A stretch of DNA of 64,000 nt from a virus. The stretch's first letter is position 1. The number at the start of each line of letters is the position of its first letter. The position numbers were made by a program, and so were the translations under genes. Below the pieces are notes generated by a model. It had not been told where the DNA came from and searched no databases. It saw nothing but the letters and a program-made list of their open reading frames with translations. This document shows, piece after piece, positions 28,784 to 38,936 of this stretch. The DNA is taken from positions 1 through 64,000 of the IMG/VR virus record IMGVR_UViG_3300008952_001422; one strand, given 5' to 3'.

Positions 28784-29453
28784 AAGAAGAATGGAGTCAC
28801 CATATACGCAGAGTTTCTCAACATACAAAGGTGAATTCAATGCAACGTTGTTACAAACAAATGCAATGTTGTTTAGTGATATATTTGAGATTGAGGTCGA
28901 GTTTGGATGGACATCACCTGATTACGCAAAAAGTAATGCGGCATTTTTAAAGATAAAATTCTTCGTTGAAAATCTGATGCATCAAAGTATAATAACCCAT
29001 CCGAGTGCTAAAGTCAATCTAGCACATATTGAGAACAAAATTGTTATGCTACCTCATCCGCCAGCAAATGATATAATTGCTATGGTATTGCATTCAAAAT
29101 TAAACGCAATCGTGGGTGAGTATATACAAGTATTAACTGTCAAAGTAGGAAGTAAAGGAATTGACCCAGTTATTTCATATACTCATGCAGATGATACATA
29201 TCCAGCATTGCCAACTCTAAAAGAATGGGTAAAATCCGATGATTATTATTATGATGCTCCATGGTGGGGTAGAAACTCGACACATACCCAAGACTTTGAA
29301 GTCAATGCAGAAACAGACTTGACAAACATACCTAAACCTGATACAATATTAGAGGACTTAGAAAAAGCAATTCTTGGCGAATTAAAAATAGAAAAACCAG
29401 GTGGAGAAGTAGTTGAAATCAGCGATTGGAAACCAGAAATCATCAAAGATTAA
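28758..29453 (+). CDS. Hypothetical protein
   Basis: Long ORF in operon; exact start uncertain. Confidence 0.7.
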   Translation: MKKARMKRRRRMESPYTQSFSTYKGEFNATLLQTNAMLFSDIFEIEVEFGWTSPDYAKSNAAFLKIKFFVENLMHQSIITHPSAKVNLAHIENKIVMLPHPPANDIIAMVLHSKLNAIVGEYIQVLTVKVGSKGIDPVISYTHADDTYPALPTLKEWVKSDDYYYDAPWWGRNSTHTQDFEVNAETDLTNIPKPDTILEDLEKAILGELKIEKPGGEVVEISDWKPEIIKD

Positions 29454-29970
29454 CAGAAATATAGACCAATATGGTAGGGTCATATATGATGTGTATGATT
29501 TGTATGATATGGTTATGTATGGTATGGACACTTCTAAAATCAAAGAAGTCAGTTGGAACCGTGATTTTGGCAAGTATAACGAGGCAATTAAGAAGAATTA
29601 TCTTGACGATACAGGATTAAAGAAACTTGAGGTTATTCAACTTGACGTAGAAGAATTTGATAAGATTAATCAACAGAATTGGTTTATTCCTGATGAATAT
29701 AAGAATTTAGATGTAAAATCTTATGTTTTAGACAGAACACCTGCTCATGCCATTGATAGAGTCAACGAAGAACTAAATCTCTATGATAAATACAATATAA
29801 TAGACGTACTTAAAGTGTGCATCTATATTGTTGATACCCTAAGAAAGAATAATATCGTATGGGGAGTTGGCAGAGGGTCAAGTGTTGCAAGTTATGTATT
29901 ATATATTATCGGTGTACATAAGATTGATAGCATAAAATACGATTTGGATATAAATGAGTTTTTGAGATGA
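29413..29970 (+). CDS. DNA polymerase III alpha-like fragment (split DnaE)
   Basis: GVGRGSSVASYVLY..G...IDSIKYDL...FL matches the DnaE GPGRGS motif region. Confidence 0.75.
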   Translation: MKSAIGNQKSSKINRNIDQYGRVIYDVYDLYDMVMYGMDTSKIKEVSWNRDFGKYNEAIKKNYLDDTGLKKLEVIQLDVEEFDKINQQNWFIPDEYKNLDVKSYVLDRTPAHAIDRVNEELNLYDKYNIIDVLKVCIYIVDTLRKNNIVWGVGRGSSVASYVLYIIGVHKIDSIKYDLDINEFLR

Positions 29971-30176
29971 TAAAGAAAGATGGTATTATAAAATTCCCTA
30001 ATACTAAAAGAAAGTTAAGTATGGAAGAAGAAAAATTGGTTAATATATATGCTAATCACATACATAATGAATATCAAAATACTAATCCATTTGTTAAACC
30101 ACAAACAAAGTTATCTAGGTCAGAAGAAACATTAAAAGAACTTATTCAAAGTATATTTGAATTAAACGAGGAGTAA
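29967..30176 (+). CDS. Hypothetical protein
   Basis: ATGA coupling. Confidence 0.55.
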   Translation: MIKKDGIIKFPNTKRKLSMEEEKLVNIYANHIHNEYQNTNPFVKPQTKLSRSEETLKELIQSIFELNEE

Positions 30177-30178
30177 AA

Positions 30179-30751
30179 ATGGCAAACCGTAAAAGTATGC
30201 GTGGAGTTGAAATCGATTTAGCAAAATTGATGGCTCGACAAGAAAAAAATATTACAGTTGGTAATACAAACTCAAATGCCCGTGGCGACCAACTGGGTAG
30301 AGGCGGTAGAATTGTTAAAAGTGCAGACGAACTTGCAAGAGAACACTACAATAGAAACGACCCAAAAGCAGTAGTACACGGTGGAATCAAAGCAGATGAA
30401 GAAATACCTAATGTCAAAGTACAAGAAGTAGAAAAGCCAAAAGATGATTGGGTAGAACCAACTCCTACTCCAACACCAGCGGCAGTTCCTGTACCGAAAC
30501 CAGCAGAAGCAACTCCAGAACCACCTAAGCCAACACCACCTCCAAAACCGGCACCTAAACCGGTAGAACCAACACCTAAATCGGTAGTATCACAAGAAGA
30601 AGACCCTTGGGTAGAAGACGAAGATGGAAATTTTGTTAGACAAAGTGAACTAAATCAGCAGGAGCAAAATGAACGAGTTTCAAAACCTACAACTAAAAAG
30701 CAATCCCCTAAACAACAATCCCCTAAATCACAATCAAAAAAGAAGTCTTAA
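30179..30751 (+). CDS. Hypothetical protein with Pro-rich low-complexity linker
   Basis: VGN..SNARGD.LG.GG N-terminus; PT/PK repeats. Confidence 0.75.
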   Translation: MANRKSMRGVEIDLAKLMARQEKNITVGNTNSNARGDQLGRGGRIVKSADELAREHYNRNDPKAVVHGGIKADEEIPNVKVQEVEKPKDDWVEPTPTPTPAAVPVPKPAEATPEPPKPTPPPKPAPKPVEPTPKSVVSQEEDPWVEDEDGNFVRQSELNQQEQNERVSKPTTKKQSPKQQSPKSQSKKKS

Positions 30752-30752
30752 C

Positions 30753-31097
30753 ATGAAGGAAAGACTTAGACCGTTAAAAGATAACGTTATCTTAACTAAT
30801 CTGGAAACAGGTGAACGTGTAAGTGCAGGTGGAATTGTTATTCCTGATGATGATGGCAGAGAAACTGGAATTAGAGCCAGATGGGCACAAGTATATGCAG
30901 TCGGACCAGAGCAAAAAGACGTAAAAGTTGGCGACTGGGTACTAATGCAACACGGAAGATGGACAAAAGGTGCTGATTTGAAATTAGAAGGTTCAGAAAA
31001 GTTTCGATTTTGGAAAGCAGACCCAAAAGGAATGCTAGGAATCAGTACAATTGGAAAACCACCTAATATTTCAGTCCAAACTATTGTAAATTCATAA
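30753..31097 (+). CDS. groES: GroES-like co-chaperonin
   Basis: LRPL.D.V, SAGGIVIP, VYAVGP and VKVGD.V motifs. Confidence 0.85.
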   Translation: MKERLRPLKDNVILTNLETGERVSAGGIVIPDDDGRETGIRARWAQVYAVGPEQKDVKVGDWVLMQHGRWTKGADLKLEGSEKFRFWKADPKGMLGISTIGKPPNISVQTIVNS

Positions 31098-31102
31098 AAA
31101 AC

Positions 31103-31130
31103 TTGACAGATTCGTGTTTTATGCTATAAT
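31103..31130 (+). promoter_or_regulatory. Sigma70-type early promoter
   Basis: TTGACA-N16-TATAAT, TTATGCTATAAT subclass. Confidence 0.8.
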
Positions 31131-31163
31131 GGTGGTATAAATTGAGAAAAAGAGAGGCTTTTC

Positions 31164-31463
31164 ATGACAAATCTTGTTAATCACATCAAATCAATCAACG
31201 AAAAGAGCAAAAAAGAGATGGATGCTAATCCAGGTCTTTGGATTGGTACGATTGTAGAAGACCCAAAGCATTGGAAAGAGTATGGTATCACTACTCCTGC
31301 TCAATTCGACAGATATCAAGACGAAATGTGTCTTTATGAAGTCGTTTCTATGCATACTTCTAAGAGTTATGCTAGAAGTCTAGGTATTTCTTCTATGACA
31401 GACGAGGAATTGTATAAAACCCTTGATTTTTACTCAAAAGCATACGATGAATTTGACGAATAG
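31164..31463 (+). CDS. Small early protein
   Basis: GAGAGG RBS; HWKEYGITT motif. Confidence 0.75.
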   Translation: MTNLVNHIKSINEKSKKEMDANPGLWIGTIVEDPKHWKEYGITTPAQFDRYQDEMCLYEVVSMHTSKSYARSLGISSMTDEELYKTLDFYSKAYDEFDE

Positions 31464-31483
31464 AAAGATATAGAGGTAAAAAA

Positions 31484-31690
31484 ATGAGTAAAATAACTAT
31501 TCTTAATAATAACACTATTATGAAAAATGGTGTTGTTTTTAATGTTCCAGGTCAATCAGAAGGACCTGCAAAAGTTTTATCTAACGGAAAAACTGTTTTT
31601 AATGACGAAAATCCTTTTTCGGTAGAAGATGTAATTGATAATATGAAGGAAACGAAGTTAGAAAAATTATTATGGGAAAAAAGTGACTAA
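31484..31690 (+). CDS. Hypothetical protein
   Basis: GAGGT RBS. Confidence 0.6.
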   Translation: MSKITILNNNTIMKNGVVFNVPGQSEGPAKVLSNGKTVFNDENPFSVEDVIDNMKETKLEKLLWEKSD

Positions 31691-32261
31691 AAAAGTAATA
31701 TTAACGGATTGTGACGGTGTTCTTCTCGCTTGGGAAGATGCTTTTCACCAATGGATGAAAAGTAAAGGTTTTACCATCAAAGAAGAAGCAATTTACGATA
31801 TTTCGAAGAGTTTTGGGATTCCTAAGACTTTAGGCAAGAAATTAGTCAAAGAATTTAACGAAAGTGCATGGATGGGCTTTTTACCTGCATTTAAAGATGC
31901 AAGAAGCGGAGTTGCTAAACTAGTTGAACATGATTGGCAGTTTATTGTCATTACTAGTCTAAGTTTAGACCCAAAAGCACAAATGTTGCGAGTTAGTAAC
32001 TTAAAAAACATATTTGGCAAGAATGTCTTTATTGATGTTATCTGTTTAGATACAGGAGCCGATAAAGATGAAGCATTAGAGAAATTCAAAGATACCGGAA
32101 TGTGGTATATTGAAGATAAGCCAATAAATGCAGAAACAGGTTTGAAATACGGCTTGAAACCTATTTTGATTGAACACGAGCATAACAAAGAACACGAAGA
32201 AGATGGTATTGAGTATGCCTTTGATTGGGAAGAGATTTTAAACATTATCGAAAGGGGATAA
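31683..32261 (+). CDS. HAD-family 5'(3')-deoxyribonucleotidase-like protein
   Basis: DCDGVL, ITS, K and IEDK motifs. Confidence 0.85.
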   Translation: MTKKVILTDCDGVLLAWEDAFHQWMKSKGFTIKEEAIYDISKSFGIPKTLGKKLVKEFNESAWMGFLPAFKDARSGVAKLVEHDWQFIVITSLSLDPKAQMLRVSNLKNIFGKNVFIDVICLDTGADKDEALEKFKDTGMWYIEDKPINAETGLKYGLKPILIEHEHNKEHEEDGIEYAFDWEEILNIIERG

Positions 32262-32262
32262 T

Positions 32263-32442
32263 ATGACTGACCACTATTTTGTACAAGTTATGGCTGATAA
32301 CGGAGAGGTTCTTCGTTGGGAAGCACTAACTAAAGAACAAGCCGACTTCATTTTTAAACAAGAAGTCGAAAAAAACGGTGCAGAAAACTGTACGACTGGT
32401 AAAACTGCTGGTCTTGACAGTAATTGGGTGCATCGCTGGTAG
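32263..32442 (+). CDS. Small hypothetical protein (59 aa, not in ORF track)
   Basis: AGGGG RBS; MTDHYFVQVMADNGEVLRWEAL...; fills the gap before the terminator. Confidence 0.55.
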   Translation: MTDHYFVQVMADNGEVLRWEALTKEQADFIFKQEVEKNGAENCTTGKTAGLDSNWVHRW

Positions 32443-32463
32443 ACTTTTAAAGTCATTTAACTC

Positions 32464-32489
32464 AAAAGGGAGCAATGCTCCCTTTTTTT
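32464..32489 (+). terminator. Rho-independent terminator (likely bidirectional)
   Basis: AAAAGGGAGC-AAT-GCTCCCTTTTTTT. Confidence 0.9.
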
Positions 32490-32511
32490 ACGTCTATTGG
32501 TTTCTGGAAAT

Positions 32512-32519
32512 GATAAATA
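32512..32519 (+). promoter_or_regulatory. T4-late-like promoter motif (representative copy)
   Basis: GATAAATA; also at 9642, 14207, 15226, 17548, 38496, 45649, 48722, 53671, 62690 and minus 5780; TATAAATA at 3139 and 28498; each lies shortly upstream of a gene start. Confidence 0.7.
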
Positions 32520-32546
32520 CATTTATAATTGTTCGGAGAATAAGAA

Positions 32547-33188
32547 ATGGCACAATATAAAGTAACACGTTGGATGACTGCAAGTATACCAGTAGTTTCA
32601 CGTGTAGAAGCAAATTCTAGTGAAGAGGCGGAAGAAGAATCATCTACTGCACCTTATAATTATGACTATGGCAATTCTGTTATTGGTGATATTGAAGATA
32701 CTGACGTAGAAATAATAGAAGAAGCAGTCAAAGAAGATGAAAATTATGATATAACTCAAGCAGACACTAGAGTAGCATTAGATTGGAGTTATATTGACGG
32801 TCAACTTTATGATGATATTCTACAAGCATTTGTAGATGAACATGGTCAAGGCTATTATGATGATTGGGTTATTACTGCTAATAAGTCAGGAATTGATGAA
32901 AGTATTAAAGAAGATGGTATAGACCCGGAAACAGGTATAGATTCAGCAACAGGCAAACAAAGAATTGGTATAAAAGGCGGATACGATTTTGACGAATACG
33001 AAGTAGATGCAGATTCAGATGGAGTTGTAGTTACTTTCGGCAATGACGAAATTGAAATAGAACGTAGTGATTGGAACGAGGGTGAATTAACAATTAAAGT
33101 TAATGGTGAATCAGTTTCAGAAAACCTAGAAGAAAATCCAGAAGAAGGAATGCAAAGATTAAAAAATCTTATTAATTTTAGGAAATAA
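32547..33188 (+). CDS. Acidic modular protein (candidate processed head protein)
   Basis: Modules separated by AVKE, ESIKE, VSE/LEE; late motif upstream. Confidence 0.75.
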   Translation: MAQYKVTRWMTASIPVVSRVEANSSEEAEEESSTAPYNYDYGNSVIGDIEDTDVEIIEEAVKEDENYDITQADTRVALDWSYIDGQLYDDILQAFVDEHGQGYYDDWVITANKSGIDESIKEDGIDPETGIDSATGKQRIGIKGGYDFDEYEVDADSDGVVVTFGNDEIEIERSDWNEGELTIKVNGESVSENLEENPEEGMQRLKNLINFRK

Positions 33189-33193
33189 CAAAT

Positions 33194-33700
33194 ATGAACG
33201 AAATTATGCAAAATGATGTCATTGACAATCTTAGAAGTATTGACGGGAATGGCACATTACTTGATATCCTATTAGAATTTGAACACATGCTAGACGAACA
33301 AGGCATGTACGGATATGAAAATTGGAAGTTAGGTGAAGTAGCACATGGTCCAAAATTATCAAGATATTGGCTAAATGTAGTTTTAATGTATCCTTATTTG
33401 AAAATGCCTAATCCAAGAGCGGCATTGCGACTAAAGAATATAGGATGCGATGTCAAGTTTAAAAAAGGCACATTAAAAGTTCCAGTAACAGTTAAATCAC
33501 AAGAAGATTTAGATGCAAAGAAGAAACCAAAACTTAAAAATCATACAGTATGGTTAGTTGATGTTTGGATGCCAAGAAAGTTTGTAGACGAGGCATTAAC
33601 AAATAGAAATGTAGTTGATGGTGATATTAATCAATCTGAACTATCTAAGGCATATGAGGCTGGTCTAGATGATGAAACAAACATCGGGCAGAACAAATAA
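33194..33700 (+). CDS. Conserved phage hypothetical protein
   Basis: NW.LGEV..GP..SRYW...MPNP. Confidence 0.75.
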   Translation: MNEIMQNDVIDNLRSIDGNGTLLDILLEFEHMLDEQGMYGYENWKLGEVAHGPKLSRYWLNVVLMYPYLKMPNPRAALRLKNIGCDVKFKKGTLKVPVTVKSQEDLDAKKKPKLKNHTVWLVDVWMPRKFVDEALTNRNVVDGDINQSELSKAYEAGLDDETNIGQNK

Positions 33701-34110
33701 TGAGATACGAACAGATTAAAGAAGGTGTTGAATATGGTGATTTAGATTCTCTAGTAGATTCTACAGTTTCAGTCGCAGAATTTAAACCAAAAACAGGAAC
33801 AGAAGAAGATGTTATTGTTATTGGATTTTATGTAAAAGATGAAGCACCTGCAATGGATTTAGCAAAGTTCATTGAAAGAGGAGTTACTCCAATACTTGAT
33901 ACTGAAGTTTCTCCAAATCCAAATGATGTAGGAATGTATATAGTGTTTGTTGAAGTTGAGAATAAAGACTTAATGAAAACAACATTGAATTTAATTAACG
34001 ACATTCGTGGTCTAGTAAAAGTTAAAGAATGGGAAATAAAATTTTATAAACGTGAAGCAATAAACGTTAAGGCAGAAGAAATCAAAGAATGGCTAAGGAA
34101 CCACCGCTAA
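33700..34110 (+). CDS. Hypothetical protein with MRYEQIKE tag
   Basis: TAATG coupling. Confidence 0.75.
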   Translation: MRYEQIKEGVEYGDLDSLVDSTVSVAEFKPKTGTEEDVIVIGFYVKDEAPAMDLAKFIERGVTPILDTEVSPNPNDVGMYIVFVEVENKDLMKTTLNLINDIRGLVKVKEWEIKFYKREAINVKAEEIKEWLRNHR

Positions 34111-34310
34111 AGTTCGAAGGTAAAGTAGTTAACATTCTCCCTGGTGACAAATTTGATGTCAAACTGGACTCAAATGACTATATAGTGAAATGTACATTGT
34201 CTGGAAAGATGCGTAAAAATAGTATTAAAGTTATTCTTCGGGATAAGGTCTCTATTGAAATGTCTCCCTACGATTTAGGCAAGGGAAGAATCACTTTCAG
34301 ACACAAATAA
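34089..34310 (+). CDS. infA: Translation initiation factor IF-1
   Basis: MAKE...EG.V...SGKMRKN.I...D.V..EMSPYDL.KGRITFR. Confidence 0.93.
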   Translation: MAKEPPLKFEGKVVNILPGDKFDVKLDSNDYIVKCTLSGKMRKNSIKVILRDKVSIEMSPYDLGKGRITFRHK

Positions 34311-34323
34311 AAAGGTAAGAAAA

Positions 34324-34806
34324 ATGTTTTTACTAGGAAAAATTAAAATGTTACTAATCCTGACAGTCGTTATAGGCGCAGTAGGATTTGGTGCATGGAA
34401 ATATTATCAATATACACAAGAACAAATCAGAATTTATGCTGTTAACGCCGCAACCGCGGAATTAGCACAGCAAGAGGCTGAGGCTGCCGTAGAATCACTC
34501 AAAAGAGATATGGTCGAAATTCAAGCACAGTTTACAGCGGTTTCAGAGCAATTTGAAGTTGCTAAAGGACGAGTGAATGCATTAGAAGAAAAATTAAGTA
34601 AACATGACATTGGTAACTTAGCACAAGCAAAACCAAAATTAATAGAGAAAATAGTTGACAAAGGTACTGCGGATGTGTTAAGATGTTATGAGATACTAAC
34701 TGGTTCTCCACTTACTGAAGAAGAAATTGCAGTGACTAAGAAATCAAAAGCAAATACTACTTGTCCAGACGTGGCAAACCCTAACTATAAGGCACCAAGA
34801 CCATGA
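34324..34806 (+). CDS. Putative inner-membrane spanin (Rz-like)
   Basis: N-terminal TM, coiled coil, two Cys; overlaps lipoprotein gene. Confidence 0.65.
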   Translation: MFLLGKIKMLLILTVVIGAVGFGAWKYYQYTQEQIRIYAVNAATAELAQQEAEAAVESLKRDMVEIQAQFTAVSEQFEVAKGRVNALEEKLSKHDIGNLAQAKPKLIEKIVDKGTADVLRCYEILTGSPLTEEEIAVTKKSKANTTCPDVANPNYKAPRP

Positions 34807-35252
34807 TTAAAGAAACAATACTAATAAGCACATTAGCACTTTTTGGATTAAGTGGTTGTGCGTCATTCATGCCAGAAGTGACAAAATATTCTACTGAACC
34901 AGTAGAACGCCCATTACTTGTATTACCTGAATCCGAGATAATAAACATGAAGGATGTAGACTATATTGTAGTCACAAGAGAAAATGTTGAAGAAGTTTGG
35001 GCAGAACTAGAAGCATCTGGCAAATCTATCGTACTATTTGCACTTACACACGAAGGTTATGAAAACTTGGCATTGAATAATGCTGATATCATTAGATATC
35101 TTTCTGAGCAGAGAGCAGTTATCATCGCATATAAAGAATACTATGAAAAAGCGGACAAGGCAATTGGTGACGCAAACGAAAAAAATAAGAATAAAGAAGA
35201 TGCAGAAGCAAGTTCAAGTTTTTCAATTAAGAAGTTTTTGAATTCAGACTAA
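34803..35252 (+). CDS. Putative outer-membrane spanin lipoprotein (Rz1-like)
   Basis: Lipobox LSGC. Confidence 0.65.
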   Translation: MIKETILISTLALFGLSGCASFMPEVTKYSTEPVERPLLVLPESEIINMKDVDYIVVTRENVEEVWAELEASGKSIVLFALTHEGYENLALNNADIIRYLSEQRAVIIAYKEYYEKADKAIGDANEKNKNKEDAEASSSFSIKKFLNSD

Positions 35253-35254
35253 TC

Positions 35255-35641
35255 ATGTCACCTTTTAAGGTCCTAGGCATAACCAAATACTCATCAGAAG
35301 ACGAAATAAGAATCGCATACAAACGATTGTTAAAGAAACATCATCCAGATACCGGTGATGGAGACAGAAAAAGACTTGATGATATCCGTCAAGCATTTAC
35401 TGATATAAAAAAGATACAATCAGAAAGTGGCAGTATCATTACAGTTTCACTTAATGTAAAGGTTAACGAAGAAGAACTGGACGCAATGCGTGGAACAAAG
35501 ACTGGATTTAGAGATGATATTATGCCAGATATTCATTATATTGTTACAGTACCAAAAACAACTAGATTAGGCGATACAATTCTAGTAAAAAACATCATAA
35601 ATAATACGAACTTGAAGATTAACTTTTTAAAAAGGACATAA
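35255..35641 (+). CDS. J-domain (DnaJ-like) protein
   Basis: PFKVLG...AYKRL.KKHHPD. Confidence 0.85.
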   Translation: MSPFKVLGITKYSSEDEIRIAYKRLLKKHHPDTGDGDRKRLDDIRQAFTDIKKIQSESGSIITVSLNVKVNEEELDAMRGTKTGFRDDIMPDIHYIVTVPKTTRLGDTILVKNIINNTNLKINFLKRT

Positions 35642-37876
35642 ATGGCTGAAAAAGACGGAACTCCAGATAGAATTGGCATTACATTAGAAAGAGCAGTTCA
35701 GTTTGCGAACTCTTTAACCCATGAATATGTTACGTTAGAACATCTATTGTTCTCTATTTTAGAAGAACAAGATGTAAGTGATTTACTAACTAACATGGAA
35801 GTGAAGGCTGGCGACATCATAAAAGATGTAGAGAAATATCTAAAGAACAGAGATGATATTACTAATGTCGTAAAGACCGCAGTGAATAGAGGACCTCGTA
35901 AAACTGCGGCATTGACCAGAGTATTCAATCGTGCAATCACTCAAGTTATCTTTAGTGGTAGAACTAAATTGTTTCCTAGAGATGTAGTAATTTCACTACT
36001 AAGTGAAGCAGATTCATATGCGTATTACTTCTTAGTAAAACATGGTGTAACACGTGAAGGTGCTATTCACGTCATTCAAAAAGAATTCTATTCAAGCAAA
36101 CCAGGAGTTACCACAGGCGACCCGGCTCATGCAGTCAGATTTGAAGATTTCTGTACTAATCTTAATATAAAATCAGCAGAAGGACTTATTGACCCAGTCA
36201 TTGGTAGAGAAGATGAACTAATCGAAATTACAGAAGTTCTTGCTAGACGTAAAAAGAATAATGTCATTATTGTTGGTGAACCAGGTGTTGGTAAAACAGC
36301 AATAGCAGAAGGACTTGCATTGATGATAACAGAGGGCAAAGTTCCTAAAATCCTTGAAAAGAAAACAGTATTTTCACTTGATATTGCAAGTCTAGTTGCA
36401 GGTACAAAGTATCGTGGTGAATTTGAAGAACGTGCTAAGATGGTATTCGAGCAACTTGCTAAGAAAGATAATGTTATTCTATTCATTGATGAAATTCATA
36501 TGATTATGGGTGCCGGTTCAGCAGGTGGTTCTAATATTGATATCGCAAACTTATTGAAACCATTACTAGCAAGTGGTAAACTATTCTGTGTTGGTGCAAC
36601 GACAAGTGAAGAATACAGAGAAAATTTCGAAAAAGACAGAGCATTACAAAGACGTTTTCAAAAAGTAGTAGTAGACCAACCAAGCAAAGAAACTACTAAA
36701 CTAATTATTAAAGGTCTTCAGCATTACTATGAGGCATTTCACGAACTTGAATATACTGAAGAAGCACTTGACTATGCAGTAGATTTAGCAGAACGTTACA
36801 TGCATGGCAAATATAATCCAGATAGAGTTATTGATGTTATGGATATTGCAGGTGCTAGAGGCAAACTTCATGGACATAAAGGACCAATTACAAAACAACA
36901 AATTGAAGAAGCAATTTCTAAGATAACTCGTATTCCTATGGATATGATTGATGCTAAAGAGAATACTAATTATAATAACTTAGAAGATAAGATTAAAACG
37001 AAACTATTTGGACAAGATGGGGCAGTTAGTGCCTTAGTTGAAAGTATTTTAGTAAGTAAGTCAGGAATGAGAGATAGAAATAAACCTATTGGTTCATTCT
37101 TGTTTGTTGGTCCAACAGGTACTGGTAAAACAGAACTATGCCGACAACTCGCACATAACTTATCAATAAAACTTCGCAAATATGATATGTCAGAATATAT
37201 GGAACAACATTCAGTATCAAAACTTATCGGTGCTCCTCCAGGTTATGTCGGACACGCAGAAGGTGGTATGGGAGCAGGACAACTTATAAATGATGTCGAA
37301 GAAACTCCTAACTGTGTTGTTTTACTTGACGAAGTAGAGAAAGCACATCCAAGTGTTATGAACTTATTACTTCAAGTAATGGATGATGGCAGATTAACAG
37401 GCTCTACTGGAAAAGAAGCAGATTTCTCTAATGTTATTCTAATTATGACTAGTAATCTAGGCTCTGCAACACAATCAAAACAAGCAATTGGATTTAGTAC
37501 AGATAACAAAGATGCTAGTTACCAAGCAGTTAAGAAATTCTTCTCGCCAGAATTTAGAAATAGAATTGACGCAAATATAGAATTTAAACCACTTGAAAAA
37601 ACTCATATCGATATGATTGTTGATAAAACTATCAATGAAATTAATGAGATGTTAACAGACAAGAATGTAATAATTAAAATTTCTGATACTGCTAGAATAT
37701 GGTTACGAGAACGAGGATATGTTCCAGAAATGGGTGCAAGACCATTACAACGTGTAGTAAATGATAATATTAAGAAGCCAGTATCAAAAGAAATACTTTT
37801 TGGAAAATTAAGAGACGGTGGCACGGTCACTGTCGATGTTACGAATGAAGACGAAATCAAATTTGTATATACCTAA
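35642..37876 (+). CDS. clpA: ClpA-type AAA+ unfoldase
   Basis: Clp N-domain (HEYVTLEHLL), two AAA modules (GEPGVGKT, GPTGTGKT), IGF loop, no M-domain. Confidence 0.92.
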   Translation: MAEKDGTPDRIGITLERAVQFANSLTHEYVTLEHLLFSILEEQDVSDLLTNMEVKAGDIIKDVEKYLKNRDDITNVVKTAVNRGPRKTAALTRVFNRAITQVIFSGRTKLFPRDVVISLLSEADSYAYYFLVKHGVTREGAIHVIQKEFYSSKPGVTTGDPAHAVRFEDFCTNLNIKSAEGLIDPVIGREDELIEITEVLARRKKNNVIIVGEPGVGKTAIAEGLALMITEGKVPKILEKKTVFSLDIASLVAGTKYRGEFEERAKMVFEQLAKKDNVILFIDEIHMIMGAGSAGGSNIDIANLLKPLLASGKLFCVGATTSEEYRENFEKDRALQRRFQKVVVDQPSKETTKLIIKGLQHYYEAFHELEYTEEALDYAVDLAERYMHGKYNPDRVIDVMDIAGARGKLHGHKGPITKQQIEEAISKITRIPMDMIDAKENTNYNNLEDKIKTKLFGQDGAVSALVESILVSKSGMRDRNKPIGSFLFVGPTGTGKTELCRQLAHNLSIKLRKYDMSEYMEQHSVSKLIGAPPGYVGHAEGGMGAGQLINDVEETPNCVVLLDEVEKAHPSVMNLLLQVMDDGRLTGSTGKEADFSNVILIMTSNLGSATQSKQAIGFSTDNKDASYQAVKKFFSPEFRNRIDANIEFKPLEKTHIDMIVDKTINEINEMLTDKNVIIKISDTARIWLRERGYVPEMGARPLQRVVNDNIKKPVSKEILFGKLRDGGTVTVDVTNEDEIKFVYT

Positions 37877-38504
37877 TACAGAGACATCAACAAAATTATT
37901 TTATAAAGAATATCCATACAGGATAACATACCCAAGAATAGGAAGACTTCCTTATTTTTATCACAAAGATAATACTCCTAGTAATCAGTCTTGGATGTTG
38001 AAAAAGCAATGTCTAGACTATCTAAAGAAAACATTCAAAGGTAGAATTAAGTTTAATCACGGATATCATACTCACGCATACTTCTTAAAAAAAGAAGACT
38101 TCGAAAAAGCAAAAGAACACGAGGAATTTCAAGAGTTACATGTAAAATACACTATACCTCTATTTCCAGATTTAAAAGATATATTAGACCAATTCGATGC
38201 AAATACAGTACTACGCAAATCATTATTTCTAAGAAAGCACAAATATAAAGTAGAAATAGGCTACAATTATAACAACTTTCCAAAACTCTGTGATGAGATA
38301 TTTAAAACTTTCGGAAATAACTCCAATTACTCAGTTTCAGGAAATATAAAGTCGGTAACTAAGCGTTTTGGCTATTATGGTTCGTGGGCAACCTACAGTA
38401 TATACTGTAAAGACGAAATAGACGTTGAATACTTCACTTTTGTGTTTGGAGAGAACATCAAGTCAATATCAAAGGCAGTCCTTATAAGTGAATTAGATAA
38501 ATAA
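37818..38504 (+). CDS. Hypothetical protein
   Basis: Long ORF; start uncertain. Confidence 0.65.
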   Translation: MARSLSMLRMKTKSNLYIPNTETSTKLFYKEYPYRITYPRIGRLPYFYHKDNTPSNQSWMLKKQCLDYLKKTFKGRIKFNHGYHTHAYFLKKEDFEKAKEHEEFQELHVKYTIPLFPDLKDILDQFDANTVLRKSLFLRKHKYKVEIGYNYNNFPKLCDEIFKTFGNNSNYSVSGNIKSVTKRFGYYGSWATYSIYCKDEIDVEYFTFVFGENIKSISKAVLISELDK

Positions 38505-38552
38505 GAGATAGAAGATAATCTTTAACTACTAATTTATTAAGAGGGAAGGCAC

Positions 38553-38924
38553 ATGGCTCGCAAAACAACTACTTTATTACCTCAATGTGGCAGTACAGCA
38601 CTCGATGTAACAGGTGATGCAGTACCCGGCGATTCTTACTACGGATATACAGATGGTGTACATACAGTAGCAATCTACGGTGCTAATCTATCAGGAAGAA
38701 TTAAAATACAAGGAACACTAGCAACAACACCAACAGAAGATGACTGGTTTGACATTCTTCTTACTGGTATACCGTATAAAGACTACACTAACTTTACGGG
38801 CGTTGAAGGATTTACGTTTATTGCTAACTTAGTATTTCTCAGAGCAAAATTAGATAGAACAGCCCTTGGTATAACAAATTATTCAACAGCAGGGACAGTA
38901 CAGAAGATTTATCTGAATTACTAA
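38553..38924 (+). CDS. Putative virion structural protein
   Basis: Late motif upstream; IQGTLA..P...DWF beta-rich pattern. Confidence 0.6.
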   Translation: MARKTTTLLPQCGSTALDVTGDAVPGDSYYGYTDGVHTVAIYGANLSGRIKIQGTLATTPTEDDWFDILLTGIPYKDYTNFTGVEGFTFIANLVFLRAKLDRTALGITNYSTAGTVQKIYLNY

Positions 38925-38936
38925 TAGGGAATAGAT

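Noticed and set aside
30179-30751. Pro-rich EP/KP stretch as a TonB partner for the ExbBD-like motor
   Set aside because: No N-terminal membrane anchor or TonB C-terminal domain, and 18 kb away
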